Source: an uncultured delta proteobacterium
Lineage (GTDB): Bacteria > Myxococcota_A > Polyangia > Polyangiales > Polyangiaceae
Direction of reading: 5' to 3'
Assembly: GCA_963827955.1 (NCBI GenBank)
Contig: CAWHDJ010000018.1
Span: forward strand, 1,373,297-1,437,296
Length of the DNA stretch: 64,000 bases
Shown here piece by piece: positions 1-8,835 of this stretch (position 1 is the first letter of the stretch; each line of letters begins with the position of its first letter). The notes under the pieces are model-generated. The model made no database searches, was not told where the DNA came from, and was given only the letters and a program-made list of their open reading frames with translations. The translations under genes and the position numbers were made by a program.

Positions 1-1561
1 CGGCGCTCCCTACATCCGTTCTTGCGATGAAAAGAAGCAAGAGAGCGCCGAGCACCTCCAAGGTGCGGCGGGATGCGACGGGAGGCAAGCGTGGCGATGG
101 CAATGAACGACGGCGGCGGGTGCAGCGCCCGGACCCAGCGACGATCCGCGCGGGCGCACCCGATCCCAACCTGACGGGCGTCGCCGGCCTCGTCGGGTTC
201 GGGGTGCACCTGCGCCACCTCGGCGTCGATCGCGAGCTGCGCGAGAAGCTCGGCAGGCTCAAGGCCGGGCCACGCGTCGTCTACCCCATGGGCGCGCAGA
301 TGCGGCTGCTCATGGACGCGGTCGCCGTGGGCGAGCCTCGCGTCTTCGGCGTCGAGGCCCTCGCGGCCGACCCGCTGTTCACGCACCTGGCGGGCGGTGT
401 CGTCCCGAGCATCGACACGCTCTACGACGATCTCGCGCGGTTCGACAATCGAGCGCTCTCCGACCTCGAGGGCATGGTGGCCGAGCACGGCCTCGTCCGC
501 GTGCCGCAGCTCCGGGGAACGTTCGTGCACCTCGACGTGGACACTTCGGTTCTGCCCGTCTTCGGCGAGACTCGAAGGCGCCTTGCCCGGCCCGAACCCG
601 CGCTACCACGGGCGGCCGAGTTACCACCCGATGATCGCGCGCATCGCCGAGACGGACACCATCGTCGGGGCGCAGCTCCGGCCGGGCAACACGGGCTTTG
701 GGGCGGACGACACGGCGACGCTGACGCGCTGGGTGAAGCGTGCGCAGAAGAAGCTCCGGCGTGGCAGCTCGCTCTGCGTGCGGATCGACTCGGCGGGTGA
801 CTGCGCCGAGGTGCTCCATGCGCTGCACGAAGCGCAGGCGTTCTACGTCATCAAGGGACGGGTCACCAACGACCTCTACAACGCCATCCTCGCGGTGGAG
901 AGCTGGAAGACGGTGGACATCGATGCGGAGAAGCAGCCCATCCGACAAATCGCCGAGGTCGACTTCGTGCGTGGGAGCTGGCGTGAGCTGGGCCTCCATG
1001 TCCGCGTCATCGTGGTCCGCTCGCTCGAACGCCACGGCAGGCAGTTGCCCCTGCTGGACGGCCACGACTGGACGGTCCAGGTGTTCCTCACCAACCGCAC
1101 CGACGACGCCAACGACATCGCCTGGGACTACGACCAGCGCGCCGGCATCGAGCCGCTGATCGCCGAGTTCAAGGGCGCGTGGGGCATCGCCCACGGCTCG
1201 ACGTATGGCTTCGCCGCCAACCACGCCATGTTCCTGCTCAAGATGCTCACCCACAACCTGCTCGATCGATACACGACCGAGCAGTTCCCCCACCTTGCCC
1301 GCTGGCGAACGCCGTGGCGACGACGCGTGCTGCTGCGCGTCCCCGGCCGCCTCTCGCGCTCAGGTCGAGGGCGCAAGCTCCACCTCCTGCCTGGCTCGCC
1401 GCTGCTGGAGTGAGCAGATCACAGCTTCGTGCGGTGTGGGGGTAAGGGGGTCGTGTCGGCGCGGGATGCTCGGCAGGGTGCACCGACGCGACGGCGGTGC
1501 GCATCGAGGGTCAAATCCGCCCGCCGGCGCTCTGGCCCGTCACCGAGCCCGAAATGTACGT
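1..1561 (+). mobile_element. IS1380-like insertion sequence, copy 1 (partial; left end lies before window start)
   Basis: Nearly identical to the elements at 10771-12407 and 26248-27884 (reverse complement). Right terminus ...CCCGAAATGTACGT at ~1561. First bases of window (CGGCGCTCCCTACATCC...) match the interior of the other copies, so the left IR is off-window. Confidence 0.8.
27..1413 (+). pseudogene. IS1380/IS4-superfamily DDE transposase, copy 1, interrupted by 1-bp insertion (~pos 568)
   Basis: Two overlapping ORFs (27-800, 397-1413) that together equal the 461-aa protein of copy 2. Copy 1 reads GGCGAGACTCGAAGG where copy 2 reads GGCGAGCTCGAAGG (extra A). Y-x2-R-x3-E-x6-K signature (YDQRAGIEPLIAEFK) present. 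Could be a sequencing indel. Confidence 0.7.
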
Positions 1562-1716
1562 TCAATCCTAACCGCGCCCGGAGCGTCCCGCCGAAGGCGG
1601 GACGCGGAGGAAGCGGGGGCCGCTGGTTCGCACGACGCGCCGTTGAGCAGACCTGCGGCCCCCGCTTCCTCCGCGAGCTGCCGCAAACGGCAGATTGCGA
1701 AGGGCGCGGTTAGGAT
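1562..1716. repeat. MITE1 copy 1: nested-palindrome element (~150 bp; two ~60-bp inverted arms, each containing its own hairpin)
   Basis: Arms ATCCTAACCGCGCCCGGAGCG[hairpin]CGCGGAGGAAGCGGGGGCCGC ... GCGGCCCCCGCTTCCTCCGCG[hairpin]...CCGGGCGCGGTTAGGAT. The same element recurs at 55219-55385 and 60753-60904. Confidence 0.8.
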
Positions 1717-1781
1717 TTCAAGTCCCTGGCGCAGGTGAACGCGTATCGGAACCGGGGGGTGCGGGCGCGCGCAGGGAAGCC

Positions 1782-2039
1782 CTACCGCCGCACTGGCGCC
1801 CCGAACATCAGCTCCTGCACCGTCGTCTCCAGCGCCTCCGCCACCCGGCACAGCATCCCCACGGTGAGGTTCTGCTGCCCACGCTCCATGTTGCCGATGT
1901 TCGGGCGCGTGATGCCGAGCCGCGCCGCGAGCTCGTCCTGCGTGAGCCCGAGTTCCTTCCGGCGCCGGACGATACGGATGCCGATCTGGTCGAGAAGGAC
2001 GTCCCGGTCTTCGGCCATTTGTCTTGCCAATCGAACCAA
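1782..2039 (-). CDS. XRE-family helix-turn-helix transcriptional regulator (85 aa)
   Basis: Translation contains a classic Cro/C1 HTH: LGLTQDELAARLGITRPNIGNMERGQQNLTVGML. Good GC3 bias. Divergent from the 2177 ORF. Confidence 0.75.
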   Translation of the reverse strand: MVRLARQMAEDRDVLLDQIGIRIVRRRKELGLTQDELAARLGITRPNIGNMERGQQNLTVGMLCRVAEALETTVQELMFGAPVRR

Positions 2040-2176
2040 TGGCGGATATAACTTACGGATGTTGCGCCGCTCCGTCAGCCCTTCGCGAGATGCGGACCGG
2101 TGCTCAAACGCCGCCCGTGGGAGTTAGCGCCCCCACGGGCGACTCGCCGAAACCCCAAGCGAACTGAGGTCCCGAC

Positions 2177-2428
2177 ATGGCCGAGGTACACCAACCCCCA
2201 CGCGGGGGCAAAGGCACCACTCCGTCCTCCAGCATCACCCCCGAGGCCTGGTTCCGCGCCCTGCGCGACGACATCGAAGACCTCTACGCCGCCGCCGAGG
2301 ACGCCACGCGCCCGCCCTCCAAGCGCGACCTCGGCCGCCACCTCGCCCGCAAGCACATCCTCGCCGCGGGCCGTGGCTTGCGCGCGCTCCTCGCCTCGCC
2401 CCCGCCGCCGCTCAGCGCCAAGCCGTGA
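2177..2428 (+). CDS. small hypothetical protein (83 aa)
   Basis: ATG preceded by GAGGT. Coding-like GC3 bias. No recognisable domain. Sits between the XRE gene and the Mrr-like gene. Confidence 0.35.
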   Translation: MAEVHQPPRGGKGTTPSSSITPEAWFRALRDDIEDLYAAAEDATRPPSKRDLGRHLARKHILAAGRGLRALLASPPPPLSAKP

Positions 2429-2525
2429 GCGCGCGCAGGAGGCGCCCCAATCCGAATCTTCCAGACTCCGGCTCGGGCTCGGAAAGGCGCCCCTCCCCCT
2501 GCTCATCCGTGTACTCTCCCCGCCC

Positions 2526-3873
2526 ATGGCGAGGATCGCCCTCCCGCGCATCCCGGCCCCCGGCCGCGAGCTGGAGGAGTACGTCGCCGGCCTCTTCCAG
2601 GCGGCGGGTTACTTCGTGGAGAAGAACATCCGCCAGCGCGACGTGGAGGAGGTGCTCGAGCTCGAACGCCGTCGCCACGAGCTACGCGGGGCTCCTGCCG
2701 ACGTCCGTGCTCGCCGAGGCGAAGGGCGGCCGCTGGGGCTTCCCCAATCTGTTCAAGGTGGCGGGCTGGATGCGCTACCTCGGCATCGAGCGCGGGGGCT
2801 TCTTCGTCAAGGAGCACCCCACGGCGGCCCCGCGCGACGTCGCCCGCATCCACCACAAGGTCGCGCCGCTCGGCGTCTCGCTGGTCGACTTCGGGGACTT
2901 CAGCGACCCCGGCGCGCGCTTCGGCGAGGCCGGCTTCGCCGGCAACGGCGCGGGCGCTCCCCCGGCGCTCGTCGATCCGCTCCTGCTCGAGGTCTGGCGC
3001 TACTCCTACTGGGCCGAGCGCACCCTGCTCGAGCGGGTCCGGCACGCGCGGCGCGAGGCGCCCGAGCGCGAGGGGCCCGCGGCGGTGCTCGCCTACCACG
3101 ACGTGGTGAACGACCACGTCTTCTTCCTGCACGACGCGGCCGAGCGCCTCCGCCGGCTCTACGACGCCTACAAGGCGCACCCCAAGCTCTCCGCCGCCGT
3201 GGCCGGCGAGATCGCCGGCGCCCCGTACGCCGCGGTGGCGAGGCCGCGCCGGCGCGGGCCCCTCGGCGACATCCGCCCGCTCGCCGAGGCGATGTACGAG
3301 GGCAAGCACCCCGCCGTGCAGGCCGCATTCTACGTCGAGCACCGCGCGCGCCTCTGCATCCTCAAGGCCGCCATCGACCTCGAGAGCCTCGCGGCCGCCG
3401 GCCGCATCGCCAATCGCGCCGCCGCGCGCGCCGCCCTGGCCGCGCTCCCCGCCTCCTTCCGCGAGGGCCTCCGCCGCCTCCGCGCGCGGCCGAGCTTCCG
3501 CCGCTACGCGCTCGTCTGGCAGGTCTTCCTCTGGGGCTTCGGCGGGTTCTACCTCGCCGACCGCGAGGCGGAGGAGCTGGGCTGGCTCTCCCGGCAGACG
3601 GGCGTGCCACGCGAGGAGGTCGGGGAGGCCCTCCGCGCCTTCGACGACCTGTTTCCCCTCGCGCACGGTTCGTGGATCGTCCCGGTCAAGAACACGCCCA
3701 TCCGCCTCACGCGGATGATGCCCTTCGCCTTCCGCGGCGTGGGCGCCGTCCAGCGCCTGCGGTGGCGCGGGGCCGCGAGCTACGACGGCTTCGGCCTCGG
3801 CGGGGTCGGGCGGCGCCACCTCATCTCGTGGCACAACGGGCTGGTGCGCCTCCTCGCGGATCCCCCCGCCTAG
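2526..3873 (+). CDS. Mrr/restriction-endonuclease-like (PD-(D/E)xK) N-terminal domain protein with ~350-aa uncharacterised C-terminal region; apparent frameshift at ~2668
   Basis: N-terminus MARIALPRIPAPGRELEEYVAGLFQAAGYFVEKNIRQRDVEEVLELE reads in frame 0. The protein-like sequence ...ATSYAGLLPTSVLAEAKGGRWGFPNLFKVAGWMRYLG... continues in frame +1 to the stop at 3873. The pattern (EELVAxLxxAxGYxV ... D ... E-A-K) resembles the Mrr_cat / restriction-endonuclease fold. An alternative GTG start at ~2706 cannot be excluded. Confidence 0.5.
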
Positions 3874-3904
3874 GGCGAGCGGCGGATAGAACCCCGGGCG
3901 TCAG

Positions 3905-5468
3905 AGGCTGGCCCAAGATGACCACCGTCATGCGTAGGCTGGCGCACCCCAGGCAAAGTGGCCGTCCTTCCAGGCTTGGTGGAGCTTCCTCAGGTTGAAG
4001 GCGGTGCAGGCCAGCGCCCACTGGGCGAGGACCTTCGCGAACCCCCGGACGGTGAAGCGACGGAAGCCGTCGTTGCCCTTGATGCACCCGAAGACGTGCT
4101 CGACGATCTCCTTGCGGAGCTCGTACAGGTTGCGCATCTCGGGCTTCGCCATCAGCGCGCGCTGGCGCGCGAGATCGTCGTCGAAGGGGGTGCGGCTGAC
4201 CGCCCGCCCTTTCGGGTCGCGGGAGCACGCGGCACGCTCCGGGCAGTCGCGGGTGTGGCATCGGTAGATCGCTCTCTCGTAGGAAGCGTCGCAGCTCTTC
4301 TTGTTGTGGCCGACGAGGGTCAACAGTTCGCCGCGCGGGCAGACGTAAGCGTCGCGTTCACGGTCGTAGACGAAGCTCGACTTCGGCAGCAGCCCCTTGT
4401 CGGACTCGGCCTGCAGCGAGACCAAGACCGGCAGGTGCCTCTGGTGGGCCTGCTGGAGTTGCTCTCCCGAGGCGTACCCGGTGTCCGCATCGGTCAATCT
4501 CGCGACGGCACCGAGCACCCGCTTGGTCTCCTCCATCATCGGCACGAGCTGGGCGAGATCATTCTCGTCCGCGGAGAGGCCGAGCGCGACGATCAGGTCC
4601 GACTCGTGATCGACGACCGCCTGCGCGTTGTAGGCAAAGAGCCCCCGTCCGTTGCACTTCATCACCCGCGCGTCGACTTCTTTGGGGTGGAGGTGCTCGG
4701 TGCCGTGTTCATCGAGCAGCGTCAGCTGCTCGACCAGTGTCTGCCGGAGCTCAGCGACCTGCTGGTAGTCCCAGCGCTGCTGCCGTACGGACAACGCCGA
4801 GCGGCGGTCCTCCAGAGCTTCCAGATCGTCGTCGACCTCTTTCAGTTTTTTTTGGTCGAGACGCGATGTACCCCCGTGTTCACCGAGCAGACCGCCTGCA
4901 CCTTGGTGCCGTCGAGCGCATGGAGGTCCATCCCGACGCGCCCGGTCTCGGCCGCACGCCGGACCAGCGTGTCGAACACGGCCTCGAACGAGGCATGGAA
5001 GTAGCGCCAGAAGCGTCCGATCGAGCTGCGTCTCGGCGGATCGCACTCGCACAGGTACAGAAGGCGCAAGTCCGACGGGCAGGCTCGCGCCATGGCCCGC
5101 AGGCCACGGTTGCCTACGAACCACGAGAAGAGGAAGACCTTCAGCAGCCTGGCTACCGGGTGCGGCGACCGCCAGTTTGGACGGTGCCGCTCGACGAACC
5201 CGAGCGCACGCAGATCGAGCGAGTCGACAAACTCACTGACGAAACGCGCCGGATCGTCCGGAGGTACAAGGAGGTCTCGCGGGACCTGACGGAGCAGTTC
5301 GAGGACGGGGGGCGCAGCGGCATCGGGCATGCGACGCGATCTGACGCGCGGCTCCCTTCCAGACGAGCCACGGGTGCTTCCGCGGTGAGCCAGCCTCCGA
5401 CCACGCCGCAAGTGCTGCCCTTGGGCTACTGCTCAAGACAGTCCCGGTTGTCCTGCGCCAGCCTCGTC
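3905..5468 (-). mobile_element. IS1182/IS5-superfamily-like insertion sequence (~1.56 kb), boundaries approximate
   Basis: Encodes a transposase with an InsH-like N-terminus and a DDE C-terminus (…KEIVEHVFGCIKGNDGFRRFTVRGFAKV…). Imperfect terminal inverted repeats GTCAGAGGCTGGCCCA (3906-3921) vs rc GACGAGGCTGGCGCAG (~5452-5468). Confidence 0.55.
3928..5330 (-). CDS. IS1182-like transposase OrfAB produced by putative programmed -1 frameshift at an A8 run (4846-4853)
   Basis: OrfA (…MPDAAAPPVLELLRQ… to …VSTKKN*) and OrfB (…RLDQKKLKEVDDDLEALED… to …GAPAYA*) overlap exactly on the coding-strand sequence ACC AAA AAA AAC TGA. Slipping -1 on A_AAA_AAA gives the fused product …STKKKLKEVDDD…. OrfA start (5330 vs 5411) is uncertain. 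Confidence 0.6.
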
Positions 5469-5552
5469 AGCCCGGTGACCGGAGCCGCGGCCGTCAGGCC
5501 GCGGACCACAGCGTCATGGGCCCGCGCCCTGACGGGCGCGGCTCCGGTCACC
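5469..5552. repeat. 84-bp palindrome (18-bp perfect arms CCGGTGACCGGAGCCGCG / CGCGGCTCCGGTCACCGG), resembles the core of MITE2
   Basis: Arms read directly from sequence. Inner motif GACCGGAGCCGCG..GTCAG..CGCGGA is shared with the MITE2 copies at 17208 and 27885. Flanked on both sides by IS ends. Confidence 0.6.
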
Positions 5553-7143
5553 GGCCTTACGGCTGGGCATTGGTCTCATTTTTGCCGCAGTTTCTCGGCA
5601 TATTCGAACGCGTCGGCCCAGATCATCAGGCGCTCCAACCCACGTCCGATCGTCGTGGAGCCCGGGGGCCCGCCGGAGGACTTGCCGGTGTAGCCGCCGA
5701 GGTCGGCGATCCAGCGGACGGCTTGGGCGATGCTGGGCACGCCCTCCGGGATGGTCTCGGTGCGCATCTTGATCTTGGTCTTCGCGGCGCGGAGCGCCTC
5801 GAATCTCGAATCGCGGACAGCGCGATCGTGGCCGGAGCATCGGGTTGGGTGCGGGCGAGGTGCTTGAGGCGTTCGACGCGAGCAGCCACGGCAGCGAGCA
5901 TTGTAGCCCAGCGGATGACGTGGTCCTTGGTGTGCAGCTGTGTGTCCTCGACGTTGCAATGACCGCGCTTCCAGGCCCGGTGAAAGTCTTCCGCCCGCCA
6001 CCTGTGGCTGTAGCCCGCGATGATGTCCATGGCGTCATCGAACCCGTTCACGTCGGCGTCGGTGAGGAGCATCCAATCGATACGGTCTTCGCCGTGCGGC
6101 GCACGACGCTCGTGGGCCCAGACCACGCGCACGCTCAACGTCGTGCGGCTGTCCGTGGCGTACTCAGGTAGATCGAGCACGACGTCGGCGAAGCGCACGT
6201 CGAGCAGTGCGCGGCGGGCGCGTCGGTTCGGCCCGGCGGGCACGTCGAGGTAGTAGCTGCCCACGGTGCGGCGCTTGTGCATGTGCTTGAACAGCAGGCG
6301 CCGTCGGCCGTTCGCGAGCACCACAGGACGGTCCTGGACGGCGCGAATGGTGAAATGCCCGTGCTTCGCAGCGGCACGCAGAACCCCGGCGTTGTCACCC
6401 TCACGGTCAATCAGGAACCACGGCACACACGAGGGCGCCTCCTGGTGCACCTGTTCGCCGGTACGGGTCACGAAGTCGGCCCATCGTGCCGTCTCGGTTT
6501 CCCCTTCGCGTCGTCGCACGAACCGCGGTTTCTTGCTCTTCGGCCCGCGCGCCCAGAACTCGAGAATCGAGCAACCCCACGGGAGTGCCGTCGGCAGCTA
6601 CCGCGAGCATGTCGAGGACCTTCAACCCTCGCGTCGGCAGCGAGCGCATGCCGATGGATCCGAAGTCCTTCGTCTTCGAGGCGTCCGTGAGCGAGAAGCT
6701 GGTCCCATCGACGATCGCGTAGAAGAACGAGGCGCCGCCCACCACGCGAAGCGACGCCTTCGCGAACCCCGTGATGAGCGCCCTCGAAGAGATGTCGCCC
6801 TCGATGAAGTCGTACGCGGCCTGCAGCTCCGCACGCGCTTCGAAGACCTCCGTCAGCCGACCCGCAGGTTGCTCAGCGGCGCGTCGCAGCATCGACGCTG
6901 CGCGCCGGACTCGCCGTACGTCGCCAAGTTTCGCCGAGGCAACCTGCTCCTCCGCCCATCGCTCAATCTCGCAGCCTTCATCCATCGAGCGGCACGACCA
7001 CCCGCGGGACGGTTGTCCAGTACGACTACATGGACTCCGGCGCGCCAGCCCTCACGCTGACCCGATCGGCCATCATTTTCGCCACCGGCGCACCGCCCCG
7101 CTCGTCCGCCCGCAGATGAGACCAATGCCCAGGCCTTACGGCC
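5553..7143 (-). mobile_element. IS4-family-like insertion sequence (~1.59 kb)
   Basis: 27-bp terminal inverted repeats GGCCTTACGGCTGGGCATTGGTCTCAT (5553-5579) and ATGAGACCAATGCCCAGGCCTTACGGCC (7116-7143). Possible 4-bp flank CCGG on both sides if the ends are drawn 2 bp further in. Confidence 0.7.
5626..6985 (-). pseudogene. IS4-family DDE transposase split into N-terminal (6985-6407) and C-terminal (6519-5626) ORFs (+1 frame change near 6520)
   Basis: N-terminal ORF …FIEGDISSRALITGFAKASLRVVGGASFFYAIVDGTSFSL… and C-terminal ORF …RWADFVTRTGEQVHQEAPSCVPWFLIDREGD…YSHRWRAEDFHRAWK (Y-x2-R-x3-E-x6-K signature). No slippery motif seen at the junction. Confidence 0.6.
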
Positions 7144-7252
7144 GGGGTTCTAGTGAGTAGGTCCGGTTAGGGCGTCTTGCCACGAGGGTGGCGCGAAGGT
7201 AGTTGCTGGGGCGGACCTCGCTTCGCCTCCCTCGTCGTCGTTCCCGAAGGGG

Positions 7253-8767
7253 TTGACAACCCCGACGCCTTTCGCGTCGCCTGTCCCTGCGCCCTCCATG
7301 GACTGCACCGCCTGCCACACGCCCAACACCGACAACGCCCGCTTCTGTGCGAAGTGCGGCGCCCTCCTTCCCGCCAGCCCGACGGAGGAGGATCCGCTCA
7401 TCGGCACCATCGTGGGCGGCCGCTTCCGCATCACCGGCATCCTCGGCGAGGGCGGGATGGGGCGGGTCTACAACGCCGAGCAGCAGATGGGGACCAAGGT
7501 CCGCAAGGTCGCCGTCAAGACGCTGCTCGCCCAGTACGCGAGGGACCAGCAGGTCGTCGAGCGCTTCATGCGCGAGTGCGGGACGGTGAGCGAGCTGGAG
7601 CACCCGAACACCATCAAGGTCTACGACTACGGCAAGACGGACTCCGGCAATCTCTACATCGCCATGGAGCTGCTCTCCGGCATCTCGCTCGAGAAGGCGC
7701 TGGAGGCCGGCCCGCTCCCCTCCGATCGCGTCGACCGCATCCTCGGCCAGGTCACGGGCTCGCTCCAGGAGGCGCACGACAAGGGCATCGTCCACCGCGA
7801 CCTCAAGCCCGCCAACATCTACCTGACGAGCCGCGTCGGGCAGGACGACTACGTGAAGGTCCTGGACTTCGGCATCGCGAAGCACGACGAGCAGCACGCG
7901 AAGCAGGAGGAGAAGCTCACCCAGCAGGGCACCGTGCTCGGCACGCCGCCCTACATGAGCCCGGAGCAGTTCAAGGGCACGAAGCTCGACGCCCGGAGCG
8001 ACATCTACGCGCTCGGCGTGGTCGCGTACGAGATGCTCACCGGGCGCCTGCCCTTCGACGCCGACACGCCCTGGCTCTGGGCGACGCAGCACATGACGGC
8101 GCAGCCCTTCCCCTTCGAGACGCTCCCGCTCGGCAGCCAGGTGCCGACGAAGATGCGGGCCGCCGTGATGCGCGCGCTCGCCAAGGAGGCCGCCCACCGC
8201 CAGCAGACGGTGACGGAGTTCTACGACGAGTTCACGATGGGCGCCCCGCGCCCGAGCGCCACGAGCGGCCCGCGATCGAGCGGGCACGAGGCCGGGCCGA
8301 GCGGGACGGCGTTCATGCCCGTCTCCAGCCCGTCGACGCCCCCGTCCGGGATGCCCCCGACCACGGGGGCGACGCAGTTCCCCCTCGTGGCGCCGACGCA
8401 GGCGGCGATGCCGGCGGCCCCGAAGAGCCGGCTGGGCCTCTACATCGGCATCGCCGTCGTCGTGCTGGGCGGCGCCGGCGTCGGGCTCTACTTCGCGTTC
8501 GGGCAGGACGAGCCGAGCCCCGCGCAGAAGGCGTGCAAGGCGACGATCTCGGCGGCCAACGCGGGCAAGATCGCGGCGGCCGTGGAGCACGTCAAGGCGT
8601 GCGAGGGGCCGCTCAAGAACACAGCGCGCAGCGCGATCGACGCCGCCGCGGTGAAGGCCGCGGTCGAGCGGGGTTGCGCGACGCTGGAGGACGCGAAGGC
8701 TGCGGAGAGCATCCGGCTGCCCGAGGCGGTGAAGGTGCTCCGGGGGAAGAAGTGCAAGGGGCTCTGA
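7253..8767 (+). CDS. Ser/Thr protein kinase (Hanks-type) with N-terminal zinc-ribbon and C-terminal TM plus extracytoplasmic region
   Basis: CTACHTPNTDNARFCAKCG (C-x2-C…C-x2-C). Kinase motifs GEGGMGRVYNA, VAVKTL, HRDLKPANIYL, DFGIA, PPYMSPEQ. TM LGLYIGIAVVVLGGAGVGLYFAF. Start could be TTG 7253 or ATG 7298. Confidence 0.85.
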   Translation: MTTPTPFASPVPAPSMDCTACHTPNTDNARFCAKCGALLPASPTEEDPLIGTIVGGRFRITGILGEGGMGRVYNAEQQMGTKVRKVAVKTLLAQYARDQQVVERFMRECGTVSELEHPNTIKVYDYGKTDSGNLYIAMELLSGISLEKALEAGPLPSDRVDRILGQVTGSLQEAHDKGIVHRDLKPANIYLTSRVGQDDYVKVLDFGIAKHDEQHAKQEEKLTQQGTVLGTPPYMSPEQFKGTKLDARSDIYALGVVAYEMLTGRLPFDADTPWLWATQHMTAQPFPFETLPLGSQVPTKMRAAVMRALAKEAAHRQQTVTEFYDEFTMGAPRPSATSGPRSSGHEAGPSGTAFMPVSSPSTPPSGMPPTTGATQFPLVAPTQAAMPAAPKSRLGLYIGIAVVVLGGAGVGLYFAFGQDEPSPAQKACKATISAANAGKIAAAVEHVKACEGPLKNTARSAIDAAAVKAAVERGCATLEDAKAAESIRLPEAVKVLRGKKCKGL

Positions 8768-8835
8768 TCTGACCCGTCGGGCCGGCGAGCCCGTTTTCAA
8801 GCGCCCCGTGCCCGGCTACCCTCGCCGGCCGAGCC

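Noticed and set aside
1429-1713. Conserved ORF MRCGGKGVVSARDARQGAPTRRRCASRVKSARRR… present three times (1429, 10340, 25832 region)
   Set aside because: Lies inside the non-coding right end of the IS1380-like element. Arg-rich. Its recurrence is explained by IS copy number.
1558-1716. Possible CRISPR repeat-spacer-repeat unit (ATCCTAACCGCGCCC…GCCGC / 33-bp spacer / second repeat)
   Set aside because: The two repeats are inverted, not direct. Only two arms per locus. Identical whole units recur at 55219 and 60753 with no cas genes. Interpreted as a MITE.
3936-3946. 11-bp AGGCTGGCGCA as left terminal IR of the IS1182-like element
   Set aside because: It lies upstream (in transcript sense) of the transposase stop codon at 3928-3930. 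A similarly good match (GTCAGAGGCTGGCCCA, 3906-3921) lies outside the ORF and was preferred. Boundaries remain approximate.
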